In this document: one piece after another, positions 1-13,307 of the stretch
Layout of the letters: each line of letters opens with the position of its first letter
How positions within the stretch are numbered: position 1 is the stretch's first letter
Origin: Nemertoderma westbladi
Lineage: Eukaryota; Animalia; Xenacoelomorpha
DNA length: 64,000 nt
Direction of reading: 5' to 3'
Assembly (NCBI GenBank): GCA_032718475.1
Contig: JAUCBJ010006736.1
Location: 1 to 64,000, forward strand
Translations under genes and position numbers: made by a program
The notes under the pieces: generated by a model
Databases searched by the model: none
Seen by the model: only the letters and a program-made list of their open reading frames with translations
What the model was told of the DNA's origin: nothing

Positions 1-751
1 AAAATGCGGATGATCTAGCAAATGTCATGGGTGATAGGGAGTTGTGGCGGTGCAATTTTGTTGACAAGCCGGCACAGCATTCTTAAAAATGCAGCTGCAA
101 TGCAGCATGCCGATCCTAGTAGTAGTAGTACCCCACAGTAAAATTAAAAATAGTTCCAATACCCTTACGAAAACAATAATAAATCGTGACAAGAAGGATC
201 CTGTACTATATTCAATATATACATATATATTCATATGTGGGTCAGCTTCAGCTAGCTAACTAGCTGTCCAGTACTAAATATCAATCAATTATAATATGAC
301 TAATGTAGCTTAGGAGGCGTTGTCAATACGAATTATACAGGAATTGCTCTAATAAAACCACCTACCCTCGAGGGTAAGACGTGCTGTAGCTATACCGGTA
401 CCGGTACGACAAACTACCATAAACGCCGCGGACGCTGTGAAATAAAATCTCATCTATTACCCATGGGATGGGAAAAACTAGGAATTATCTACCCATAAAA
501 CCAACTCCCCATTCGAAATGAACCAGCTAACCAAAGGAATGCGAGGTGATTACCAGTTGGCGACTACCAGCTGACGTTGGTAAAACTAATTAACTGGAAT
601 CTAAGGCAACCGAGATATGGAAACCGCCGGATCAACAATGAGATTAGTCGGGACGTAGTAGGAATGTGTAAATGGAAATCTGTGAGTGAAGAACATTATC
701 TCATATGGTTTACTGTCTTACATTAAGTTACATATTGGTTACTTACCGATA

Positions 752-850
752 CTAAGTTACATCTGGTTACATCCGGTTACCAAGTTACATCTGGTTACCA
801 AGTTACATCTGGTTACTAAGTTACATCTGGTTACTAAGTTACATCTGATT
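752..850. repeat. 18-bp tandem repeat (TAAGTTACATCTGGTTAC), ~5 copies
   Basis: Direct tandem copies of (c/t)aagttacatctggttac immediately left of the large satellite. Confidence 0.85.
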
Positions 851-857
851 TCTAAGA

Positions 858-3800
858 TACTTTAGGCGTAGAGGGTCATATAAACAACAACAAACAACCC
901 AAACAGAAGGGATTACTTACTTTAGGCGTAGACGGTCATATAAACAACAACAAACAACCCAAACAGAAGGGATTACTTACTTTAGGCGTAGACGGTCATA
1001 TAAACAACAACAAACAACCCAAACAGAAGGGATTACTTACTTTAGGCGTAGAACAACAACAAACAACCCAAACAGAAGGGATTACTTACTTTAGACGTAG
1101 ACGGTCATATAAACAACAACAAACAACCCAAACAGAAGGGATTACTTACTTTAGGCGTAGACGGTCATATAAACAACAACAAACAACCCAAACAGAAGGG
1201 ATTACTTACTTTAGGCGTAGACGGTCATATAAACAACAACAAACAACCCAAACAGAAGGGATTACTTACTTTAGGCGTAGACGGTCATATAAACAACAAC
1301 AAACAACCCAAACAGAAGGGATTACTTACTTTAGGCGTAGACGGTCATATAAACAACAACAAACAACCCAAACAGAAGGGATTACTTACTTTAGACGTAG
1401 ACGGTCATATAAACAACAACAAACAACCCAAACAGAAGGGATTACTTACTTTAGGCGTAGACGGTCATATAAACAACAACAAACAACCCAAACAGAAGGG
1501 ATTACTTACTTTAGACGTAGACGGTCATATAAACAACAACAAACAACCCAAACAGAAGGGATTACTTACTTTAGGCGTAGAGGGTCGGTCATATAAACAA
1601 CAACAAACAACCCAAACAGAAGGGATTACTTACTTTAGGCGTAGACGGTCATATAAACAACAACAAACAACCCAAACAGAAGGGATTACTTACTTTAGAC
1701 GTAGACGGTCATATAAACAACAACAAACAACCCAAACAGAAGGGATTACTTACTTTAGGCGTAGACGGTCATATAAACAACAACAAACAACCCAAACAGA
1801 AGGGATTACTTACTTTAGGCGTAGAGGTCGGTCATATAAACAACAACAAACAACCCAAACAGAAGGGATTACTTACTTTAGACGTAGACGGTCATATAAA
1901 CAACAACAAACAACCCAAACAGAAGGGATTACTTACTTTAGGCGTAGACGGTCGGTCATATAAACAACAACAAACAACCCAAACAGAAGGGATTACTTAC
2001 TTTAGGCGTAGCGGTCATATAAACAACAACAAACAACCCAAACAGAAGGGATTACTTACTTTAGGCGTAGAGTCGGTCATATAAACAACAACAAACAACC
2101 CAAACAGAAGGGATTACTTACTTTAGGCGTAGACGTCATATAAACAACAACAAACAACCCAAACAGAAGGGATTACTTACTTTAGGCGTAGAGGGTCGGT
2201 CATATAAACAACAACAAACAACCCAAACAGAAGGGATTACTTACTTTAGGCGTAGACGGTCATATAAACAACAACAAACAACCCAAACAGAAGGGATTAC
2301 TTACTTTAGGCGTCCGTAGACGGTCATATAAACAACAACAAACAACCCAAACAGAAGGGATTACTTACTTTAGGCGTAGAGGGTCGGTCATATAAACAAC
2401 AACAAACAACCCAAACAGAAGGGATTACTTACTTTAGGCGTAGAGCGGTCATATAAACAACAACAAACAACCCAAAAAGAAGGGATTACTTACTTTAGGC
2501 GTAGACGGTCATATAAACAACAACAAACAACCCAAACAGAAGGGATTACTTACTTTAGGCGTAGACGGTCATATAAACAACAACAAACAACCCAAACAGA
2601 AGGGATTACTTACTTTAGGCGTAGACGGTCATATAAACAACAACAAACAACCCAAACAGAAGGGATTACTTACTTTAGGCGTAGAGCGGTCATATAAACA
2701 ACAACAAACAACCCAAACAGAAGGGATTACTTACTTTAGGCGTAGACGGTCATATAAACAACAACAAACAACCCAAACAGAAGGGATTACTTACTTTAGG
2801 CGTAGACGGTCATATAAACAACAACAAACAACCCAAACAGAAGGGATTACTTACTTTAGGCGTAGACGGTCATATAAACAACAACAAACAACCCAAACAG
2901 AAGGGATTACTTACTTTAGGCGTGACGGCAACAACAACAAACAACCCAAACAGAAGGGATTACTTACTTTAGGCGTCGAGACGGTCATATAAACAACAAC
3001 AAACAACCCAAACAGAAGGGATTACTTACTTTAGGCGTAGACGGTCATATAAACAACAACAAACAACCCAAACAGAAGGGATTACTTACTTTAGGCGTCC
3101 GAGACGGTCATATAAACAACAACAAACAACCCAAACAGAAGGGATTACTTACTTTAGGCGTAGACGGTCATATAAACAACAACAAACAACCCAAACAGAA
3201 GGGATTACTTACTTTAGGCGTAGACGGTCGGTCATATAAACAACAACAAACAACCCAAACAGAAGGGATTACTTACTTTAGGCGTAGACGGTCATATAAA
3301 CAACAACAAACAACCCAAACAGAAGGGATTACTTACTTTAGGCGTAGACGGTCATATAAACAACAACAAACAACCCAAACAGAAGGGATTACTTACTTTA
3401 GGCGTAGACGGTCATATAAACAACAACAAACAACCCAAACAGAAGGGATTACTTACTTTAGGCGTAGAGGGTCGGTCATATAAACAACAACAAACAACCC
3501 AAACAGAAGGGATTACTTACTTTAGGCGTAGACGGTCATATAAACAACAACAAACAACCCAAACAGAAGGGATTACTTACTTTAGGCGTAGAGGGTCGGT
3601 CATATAAACAACAACAAACAACCCAAACAGAAGGGATTACTTACTTTAGGCGTAGGCGGTCATATAAACAACAACAAACAACCCAAACAGAAGGGATTAC
3701 TTACTTTAGGCGTAGACTCTCATATAAACAACAACAAACAACCCAAACAGAAGGGATTACTTACTTTAGGCGTAGAACAACAACAAACAACCCAAACAGA

Positions 3801-6800
3801 AGGGATTACTTACTTTAGGCGTAGACGGTCATATAAACAACAACAAACAACCCAAACAGAAGGGATTACTTACTTTAGGCGTAGAGGGTCGGTCATATAA
3901 ACAACAACAAACAACCCAAACAGAAGGGATTACTTACTTTAGGCGTAGAGGGTCGGTCATATAAACAACAACAAACAACCCAAACAGAAGGGATTACTTA
4001 CTTTAGGCATAGACGGTCATATAAACAACAACAAACAACCCAAACAGAAGGGATTACTTACTTTAGGCGTAGACGGTCATATAAACAACAACAAACAACC
4101 CAAACAGAAGGGATTACTTACTTTAGGCGTAGAACAACAACAAACAACCCAAACAGAAGGGATTACTTACTTTAGGCGTAGACGGTCATATAAACAACAA
4201 CAAACAACCCAAACAGAAGGGATTACTTACTTTAGACGTAGACGGTCATATAAACAACAACAAACAACCCAAACAGAAGGGATTACTTACTTTAGGCGTA
4301 GAGGGTCGGTCATATAAACAACAACAAACAACCCAAACAGAAGGGATTACTTACTTTAGGCGTAGAGGGTCGGTCATATAAACAACAACAAACAACCCAA
4401 ACAGAAGGGATTACTTACTTTAGGCGTAGACGGTCATATAAACAACAACAAACAACCCAAACAGAAGGGATTACTTACTTTAGGCGTAGACGGTCATATA
4501 AACAACAACAAACAACCCAAACAGAAGGGATTACTTACTTTAGGCGTAGACGGTCATATAAACAACAACAAACACCCAAACAGAAGGGATTACTTACTTT
4601 AGGCGTAGAACAACAACAAACAACCCAAACAGAAGGGATTACTTACTTTAGACGTAGACGGTCATATAAACAACAACAAACAACCCAAACAGAAGGGATT
4701 ACTTACTTTAGGCGTAGACGGTCGGTCATATAAACAACAACAAACAACCCAAACAGAAGGAATTACTTACTTTAGGCGTAGACGGTCATATAAACAACAA
4801 CAAACAACCCAAACAGAAGGGATTACTTACTTTAGACGTAGACGGTCATATAAACAACAACAAACAACCCAAACAGAAGGGATTACTTACTTTAGGCGTA
4901 GAGGGTCGGTCATATAAACAACAACAAACAACCCAAACAGAAGGGATTACTTACTTTAGGCGTAGACGGTCATATAAACAACAACAAACAACCCAAACAG
5001 AAGGGATTACTTACTTTAGGCGTAGACGGTCATATAAACAACAACAAACAACCCAAACAGAAGGGATTACTTACTTTAGGCGTAGAACAACAACAAACAA
5101 CCCAAACAGAAGGGATTACTTACTTTAGACGTAGACGGTCATATAAACAACAACAAACAACCCAAACAGAAGGGATTACTTACTTTAGGCGTAGAGGGTC
5201 GGTCATATAAACAACAATAAACAACCCAAAAAGAAGGGATTACTTACTTTAGGCGTAGACGGTCATATAAACAACAACAAACAACCCAAACAGAAGGGAT
5301 TACTTACTTTAGGCGTAGACGGTCATATAAACAACAACAAACAACCCAAACAGAAGGGATTACTTACTTTAGGCGTAGAACAACAACAAACAACCCAAAC
5401 AGAAGGGATTACTTACTTTAGACGTAGACGGTCATATAAACAACAACAAACAACCCAAACAGAAGGGATTACTTACTTTAGGCGTAGAGGGTCGGTCATA
5501 TAAACAACAATAAACAACCCAAAAAGAAGGGATTACTTACTTTAGGCGTAGACGGTCATATAAACAACAACAAACAACCCAAACAGAAGGGATTACTTAC
5601 TTTAGGCGAAGACGGTCATATAAACAACAACAAACAACCCAAACAGAAGGGATTACTTACTTTAGGCGTAGAGGGTCGGTCATATAAACAACAACAAACA
5701 ACCCAAACAGAAGGGATTACTTACTTTAGGCGTAGACGGTCATATAAACAACAACAAACAATCCAAACAGAAGGGATTACTTACTTTAGGCGTAGAGGGT
5801 CGGTCATATAAACAACAACAAACAACCCAAACAGAAGGGATTACTTACTTTAGGCGTAGACGGTCATATAAACAACAACAAACAACCCAAACAGAAGGGA
5901 TTACTTACTTTAGGCGTAGAGGGTCGGTCATATAAACAACAATAAACAACCCAAAAAGAAGGGATTACTTACTTTAGGCGTAGACGGTCATATAAACAAC
6001 AACAAACAACCCAAACAGAAGGGATTACTTACTTTAGGCGAAGACGGTCATATAAACAACAACAAACAACCCAAACAGAAGGGATTACTTACTTTAGGCG
6101 TAGAGGGTCGGTCATATAAACAACAACAAACAACCCAAACAGAAGGGATTACTTACTTTAGGCGTAGACGGTCATATAAACAACAACAAACAACCCAAAA
6201 AGAAGGGATTACTTACTTTAGACGTAGACGGTCATATAAACAACAACAAACAACCCAAACAGAAGGGATTACTTACTTTAGGCGTAGACGGTCGGTCATA
6301 TAAACAACAACAAACAACCCAAACAGAAGGGATTACTTACTTTAGGCGTAGACGGTCGGTCATATAAACAACAACAAACAACCCAAACAGAAGGGATTAC
6401 TTACTTTAGGCGTAGAGGGTCGGTCATATAAACAACAACAAACAACCCAAACAGAAGGGATTACTTACTTTAGGCGTAGACGGTCATATAAACAACAACA
6501 AACAACCCAAACAGAAGGGATTACTTACTTTAGGCGTAGACGGTCATATAAACAACAACAAACAATCCAAACAGAAGGGATTACTTACTTTAGGCGTAGA
6601 ACAACAACAAACAACCCAAACAGAAGGGATTACTTACTTTAGGCGTAGACGGTCATATAAACAACAACAAACAACCCAAACAGAAGGGATTACTTACTTT
6701 AGGCGTAGAGGGTCGGTCATATAAACAACAACAAACAACCCAAACAGAAGGGATTACTTACTTTAGGCGTAGACGGTCATATAAACAACAACAAACAACC

Positions 6801-9643
6801 CAAACAGAAGGGATTACTTACTTTAGGCGTAGAACAACAACAAACAACCCAAACAGAAGGGATTACTTACTTTAGGCGTAGAACAACAACAAACAACCCA
6901 AACAGAAGGGATTACTTACTTTAGGCGTAGAACAACAACAAACAACCCAAACAGAAGGGATTACTTACTTTAGGCGTAGACGGTCATATAAACAACAACA
7001 AACAACCCAAACAGAAGGGATTACTTACTTTAGGCGTAGAGGGTCGGTCATATAAACAACAACAAACAACCCAAACAGAAGGGATTACTTACTTTAGGCG
7101 TAGACGGTCATATAAACAACAACAAACAACCCAAAAAGAAGGGATTACTTACTTTAGGCGTAGAGGGTCGGTCATATAAACAACAACAAACAACCCAAAC
7201 AGAAGGGATTACTTACCTTACTTTAGACGTAGAGGGTCATATAAACAACAACAAACAACCCAAAAAGAAGGGATTACTTACTTTAGACGTAGACGGTCAT
7301 ATAAACAACAACAAACAACCCAAACAGAAGGGATTACTTACTTTAGGCGTCCGTAGACTGTCATATAAACAACAACAAACAACCCAAACAGAAGGGATTA
7401 CTTACTTTAGGCGTAGAACAACAACAAACAACCCAAACAGAAGGGATTACTTACTTTAGGCGTAGAACAACAACAAACAACCCAAACAGAAGGGATTACT
7501 TACTTTAGGCGTAGAACAACAACAAACAACCCAAACAGAAGGGATTACTTACTTTAGGCGTAGACGGTCATATAAACAACAACAAACAACCCAAACAGAA
7601 GGGATTACTTACTTTAGGCGTAGAGGGTCGGTCATATAAACAACAACAAACAACCCAAACAGAAGGGATTACTTACTTTAGGCGTAGACGGTCATATAAA
7701 CAACAACAAACAACCCAAAAAGAAGGGATTACTTACTTTAGGCGTAGAGGGTCGGTCATATAAACAACAACAAACAACCCAAACAGAAGGGATTACTTAC
7801 CTTACTTTAGACGTAGAGGGTCATATAAACAACAACAAACAACCCAAAAAGAAGGGATTACTTACTTTAGGCGTAGAGGGTCGGTCATATAAACAACAAC
7901 AAACAACCCAAACAGAAGGGATTACTTACTTTAGACGTAGACGGTCATATAAACAACAACAAACAACCCAAACAGAAGGGATTACTTACTTTAGGCGTCC
8001 GTAGACTGTCATATAAACAACAACAAACAACCCAAACAGAAGGGATTACTTACTTTAGGCGTAGACGGTCCTATAAACAACAACAAACAACCCAAACAGA
8101 AGGGATTACTTACTTTAGGCGTAGAACAACAACAAACAACCCAAACAGAAGGGATTACTTACTTTAGACGTACACGGTCATATAAACAACAACAAACAAC
8201 CCAAACAGAAGGGATTACTTACTTTAGACGTAGACGGTCGGTCATATAAACAACAACAAACAACCCAAACAGAAGGGATTACTTACTTTAGGCGTAGACG
8301 GTCATATAAACAACAACAAACAACCCAAACAGAAGGGATTACTTACTTTAGACGTAGACGGTCATATAAACAACAACAAACAACCCAAACAGAAGGGATT
8401 ACTTACTTTAGGCGTAGACGGTCATATAAACAACAACAAACAACCCAAACAGAAGGGATTACTTACTTTAGGCGTAGACGGTCATATAAACAACAACAAA
8501 CAACCCAAACAGAAGGGATTACTTACTTTAGGCGTAGACGGTCATATAAACAACAACAAACAACCCAAACAGAAGGGATTACTTACTTTAGGCGTAGAGG
8601 GTCGGTCATATAAACAACAACAAACAACCCAAACAGAAGGGATTACTTACCTTACTTTAGACGTAGAGGGTCATATAAACAACAACAAACAACCCAAAAA
8701 GAAGGGATTACTTACTTTAGGCGTAGAGGGTCGGTCATATAAACAACAACAAACAACCCAAACAGAAGGGATTACTTACTTTAGGCGTAGACGGTCATAT
8801 AAACAACAACAAACAACCCAAACAGAAGGGATTACTTACTTTAGGCGTAGACGGTCATATAAACAACAACAAACAACCCAAACAGAAGGGATTACTTACT
8901 TTAGGCGTAGACGGTCATATAAACAACAACAAACAACCCAAACAGAAGGGATTACTTACTTTAGGCGTAGAGGGTCGGTCATATAAACAACAACAAACAA
9001 CCCAAACAGAAGGGATTACTTACTTTAGGCATAGACGGTCATATAAACAACAACAAACAACCCAAACAGAAGGGATTACTTACTTTAGGCGTAGACGGTC
9101 ATATAAACAACAACAAACAACCCAAACAGAAGGGATTACTTACTTTAGGCGTAGAGGGTCGGTCATATAAACAACAACAAACAACCCAAACAGAAGGGAT
9201 TACTTACTTTAGGCGTAGACGGTCATATAAACAACAACAAACAACCCAAACAGAAGGGATTACTTACTTTAGGCGTAGAGGGTCGGTCATATAAACAACA
9301 ACAAACAACCCAAACAGAAGGGATTACTTACTTTAGGCGTAGACGGTCATATAAACAACAACAAACAACCCAAACAGAAGGGATTACTTACTTTAGGCGT
9401 AGACGGTCATATAAACAACAACAAACAACCCAAACAGAAGGGATTACTTACTTTAGGCGTAGAACAACAACAAACAACCCAAACAGAAGGGATTACTTAC
9501 TTTAGGCGTAGAGGGTCGGTCATATAAACAACAACAAACAACCCAAACAGAAGGGATTACTTACTTTAGGCGTAGAGGGTCGGTCATATAAACAACAACA
9601 AACAACCCAAACAGAAGGGATTACTTACTTTAGGCGTAGACGG
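858..9643. repeat. 60-bp tandem satellite, ~8.8 kb (roughly 145 copies), with 49-, 64- and 69-bp-type length variants
   Basis: Unit TTAGGCGTAGACGGTCATATAAACAACAACAAACAACCCAAACAGAAGGGATTACTTACT repeated near-perfectly; copy number estimated as length/60; variants add GTCG or delete ~11 bp. Confidence 0.99.
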
Positions 9644-9831
9644 CGCACTCTTTCGCCTTTCCGAATCCGATGAGTCATCGTCCTCCGGAACTGATAGACT
9701 CACTCTCTTCCGTCTCTTCGTAGATGACGATTTACATATATTTTGTTCGACGGAACGATTTCGGAAGAATCGTGAAGCCGCACTCAATAGATTAGAACCA
9801 GTAGATAATTCCGGACTTTGTGGTTTAGAAT
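9629..9831 (-). CDS. Candidate internal coding exon (phase 1 to phase 0), Ser/charged low-complexity peptide ...SKPQSPELSTGSNLLSAASRFFRNRSVEQNICKSSSTKRRKRVSLSVPEDDDSSDSERRKSAPSTPK
   Basis: Minus strand: T-rich tract ending in acceptor ...acttctcAG (9833-9832), 203 nt open frame, donor GTAAGT at 9628-9623; NLS-like KRRKR; no homology evidence. Confidence 0.45.
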
Positions 9832-10843
9832 CTGAGAAGTAATAATAATAAAACCGATAAAAATATAAAATATAATATAAACATGGGGAGCAATTAGTAG
9901 TTGGCTACACCGAATAACCGTTGTATTACGCGCTACATCAGAGCAGGTGGCGTAGTCGCTGTGGTTGTAATAACCTGTCTGTAGTGTGTGGCTTAGCTAT
10001 CTCCGGAATACGTAAGACGAGTCGCATTCCCATTTTCCCAAGAAATCCACAAGCGGGGTGATTCCCGATGGAATTTCTACGCTCACTGGATATGGACTTA
10101 TATAGGCGGGAGAGAACAGACAATCAGTTTCCATTTAGCTGACAAGTACCTCACCTCAAACTCATAATGATAGCGAACGAGATAGCTGCATAGCGAGATT
10201 TTTGAATGCATGCGCGTGACTAGTTAGTTTAGTAAAGGTCGGATGTGGCTACGAGTGGAGTGAGATTCCGACTGAACATTGTGAACAAATTGTTCAGATA
10301 GGGGGAGATTCCACAATGCGTGTACATGAGGTCGCAGGTCGCACGATGATAGTTATCTGTCCAATATGGCCAAATAAACGCAATTTGTAAAGACAAATGT
10401 CATATTGTGCAAAAGGATCTAATCGGTTGGGGATCAAACGAAAAATTTACAAAGAGGCTCCTCTAGTAGGTGTAACGCCATAGCAAACCATCACCCAATG
10501 TTACAGAGTGGACACTCCCACACACATAGTGTGATAGGAAGGTATAATAGTCTACAGACCCGTGAAGTATACCAAACATTCCGCTGATATTTTTCACTAC
10601 ATGGATTTTAATAAAAAAACAGGTTAGAGAAGGGCTGAATTAAACCTAAAAAATAAACAAATCAGTACCGGTATGGTATACGTTATAATGCATATGTTAA
10701 TATATTATAATAACCGCTATAAGACACTTAATAACAATATATATTTTAAAAAGTTCTTCATTAAAATTCAAATAAAAAGTTGATCGAAAAGTGAAAACCT
10801 GGTATTTGTTTATTGATTTGGTTAGATTCAGCCCGCCTGTAAC

Positions 10844-13307
10844 TAGTGTTGAGAACTGTAACTGTAATTATACTGTAACTGCAACTGTAACTGAATGGTT
10901 TTGATGATTTTTTTGATACTGTAACTATAACTGTAACTGTAATTGCGAACTTTGAATACTGTAACTGTAACTGAAACTGAAATTACGTATTTTGAATACT
11001 ATAACTGAAACTGAAACTGAAATTAACAAAATCCGATTCAGTTCTCAATCACACAATTAACATGAATAAGCATTTAAAACAGTATTGTAATAAAGTATAG
11101 AGTATAGTTTAATAAATGAATAACAGTGGTTACCATAGGTATCATTTTTAAAACATTGTTATAAAAAAAACAATCTCGTTTTTTCCACTTCTGAACAAAA
11201 CCATAATATTACACAATATAAAATCAAAGACCCATTGCCCACTTAGCTCAAATGTGATTTATTTGGAGAGTCAAGTAGTGAACGAAGATCTAGCATATAG
11301 TCTATGCTCATCGGACTCAACTATTAGACTATTATCAGCCTTATCACCACTTTTGCTTCATATTAAATGTAAATGTTTTAGATAAACAAAGAAAAGTTAG
11401 GCCTAATGGTAGAGGGATATTAACGGATATACTGTATATTTTATATTATTAATTATTAATGTTGGTTCCCAATTTATCATTTAAACTTAAGCTGCATCTG
11501 TTTAATTCTCTTATCCGTCCTATATTAATGTACTCCTGCGAAGTTTGGGGTTTTCATAATTCGGATGCTATTAATCGGATCGTTCTAAAATTTCTTAAAT
11601 TTATACTCGGCGTCAAGACTTCGACACCCGATTTTATGGTGTATGGTGAAACTGGTTGTTTTCCGCTCTCAATTTCCAGAAAACTTAGTATTATTAAGTA
11701 TTGGATTCGTATTTTGAATCTCCCTAACTACCGTCTCGTTAAGAAGGCCTATCTTCTCCAACTTCATGACTGCTTGGTTTTCAGTTCAGTTAACTGGGCC
11801 TCCAATGTTCGGGACCTTCTAGGATCCTTAGGCTTCCGGGAAATTTGGGACAACCAGTACGTAGAACACCAAACCCTATTCTTAGCAGAGCTCAGGACAC
11901 GACTCCAAGATAATTATATCCAACAGTGGTGGTCACTAGTGAGTTCTTCTCCCAAATCGCTGCTCTACGTTAAGTATTTGTTCCAGGAGGAATCCTACCT
12001 GAATGTTCTACACAGGTACCCCAGACTCTGTCGCTCGCTTGCGAGATTCCGTACATCATCTCACTCCCTAATGATCGAGCAAGGTAGATGGAATAGCACA
12101 CCCCGTAATGAACGTTATTGCCCTGTCTGTATGTTTGCGGTTATTGAGGATGAAATCACTTTTTGCTAAAATGCCCAGTCTATCAGGATCTCAGAGTAAT
12201 TCATTTGTCTGCTCGTTACCACGGAAACCCCACATTAAATAAATATAAAGACTTAGTAGGCTCAAACTCTATTGAAAAAATCAAATGTCTGGCAATTTTT
12301 TTGGCAAAGGCGTCCCAACGGCGCGATAAAATTTTACAACCACATTAGAACGCGGTTTCGGGTAACTTTTTCAGTTGTTTTATATTTATGTTTTCATGTT
12401 CTATGTACATTACTTTATAAATTACAATACGTGCATATCTTTACCGTACTGCTGACACTGGTTTACCGGTCTTACATTCTTTAGTATTTTCTTCAGTTTG
12501 TTTACTTGTAAAATCTAACAATAATGGCTACATTTGAGCATGTTGTAGTAATAAATAGAAATTGAAAAATGTTATTACCGGTAGTATTAATATCACAATC
12601 ACACTAGAGGCACACTGGAAATTAAATTTTGATCAAGTTTACCATTATAAATTACAAAATTAAACTTAAAAGTGAAAGGAGCAGCTTATCGAGGTGGGTC
12701 TAACCAAAACAATAAATATATGATTACTAAAACAAATTACGAATTAAGGAAAATGAGCAGGATTCAGAAGCATGGCTTTATAACCAAAACAATAAATGAT
12801 AACAATAAGTGTACAAGCACTGAAACAAGATGTACAGTAAAATGTGGGTGCCTTTAATGTGATCTTGTGACGTGCCACTTTCATTACATACTATCAGTAT
12901 ATTATTAGTTACAAAATATTATCATAGCGTGGGTCCAACTTTCCTACAACAACTACCTATTAGCTCTAGAAAGAGGACGTTTCGTAATGAACATTATTAT
13001 TAGCGTATATTACAGTAATATATTAAAGTGCCTCATTTTTAGTTTCAGATGACTGCTTACTACGTGAGATCATATATATTGAATCTATGACTGAAACTGT
13101 AACAGAAACTGAAATGCTCAATTTTGTAATACTGAAACTGTAACTGTAACTGAAATGTTACACTTTGTAATACTGAAACTGTAACTGTAACTGAAATGCA
13201 AAACTTTGAATACTGAAACTGTAACTGTAACTGAAATGCAAAACTTTGAATACTGAAACTGTAACTGTAACTGAAATTAGTCAAAATTGATTCAGTTCTC
13301 AACACTA
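10844..13307. mobile_element. Non-autonomous hAT-like DNA transposon carrying a nested LINE fragment
   Basis: 15-bp perfect TIR TAGTGTTGAGAACTG (10844-10858) / CAGTTCTCAACACTA (13293-13307); 8-bp TSD CCTGTAAC (10836-10843 and 13308-13315); subterminal ACTGTA/ACTGAA arrays at both ends. Confidence 0.85.
11459..12560 (+). mobile_element. 5'-truncated non-LTR retrotransposon 3' end (RTEX/L2-like ORF2 C-terminus, frameshifted near 12160)
   Basis: Peptide LFNSLIRPILMYSCEVWG ... VYGETG ... HSLMIEQGRW..RYCPVC..IEDE/HFLLKCPVYQDLR is the post-RT region and CCHC-type tail typical of these LINEs; followed by a T-rich 3' UTR and AATAAA. Confidence 0.8.

Noticed and set aside
858-9643. CRISPR array or spliced-leader RNA gene array
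   Set aside because: No unique spacers or cas genes; the units lack a convincing Sm-binding site and are contiguous with an exon-like sequence; simple satellite is the better explanation
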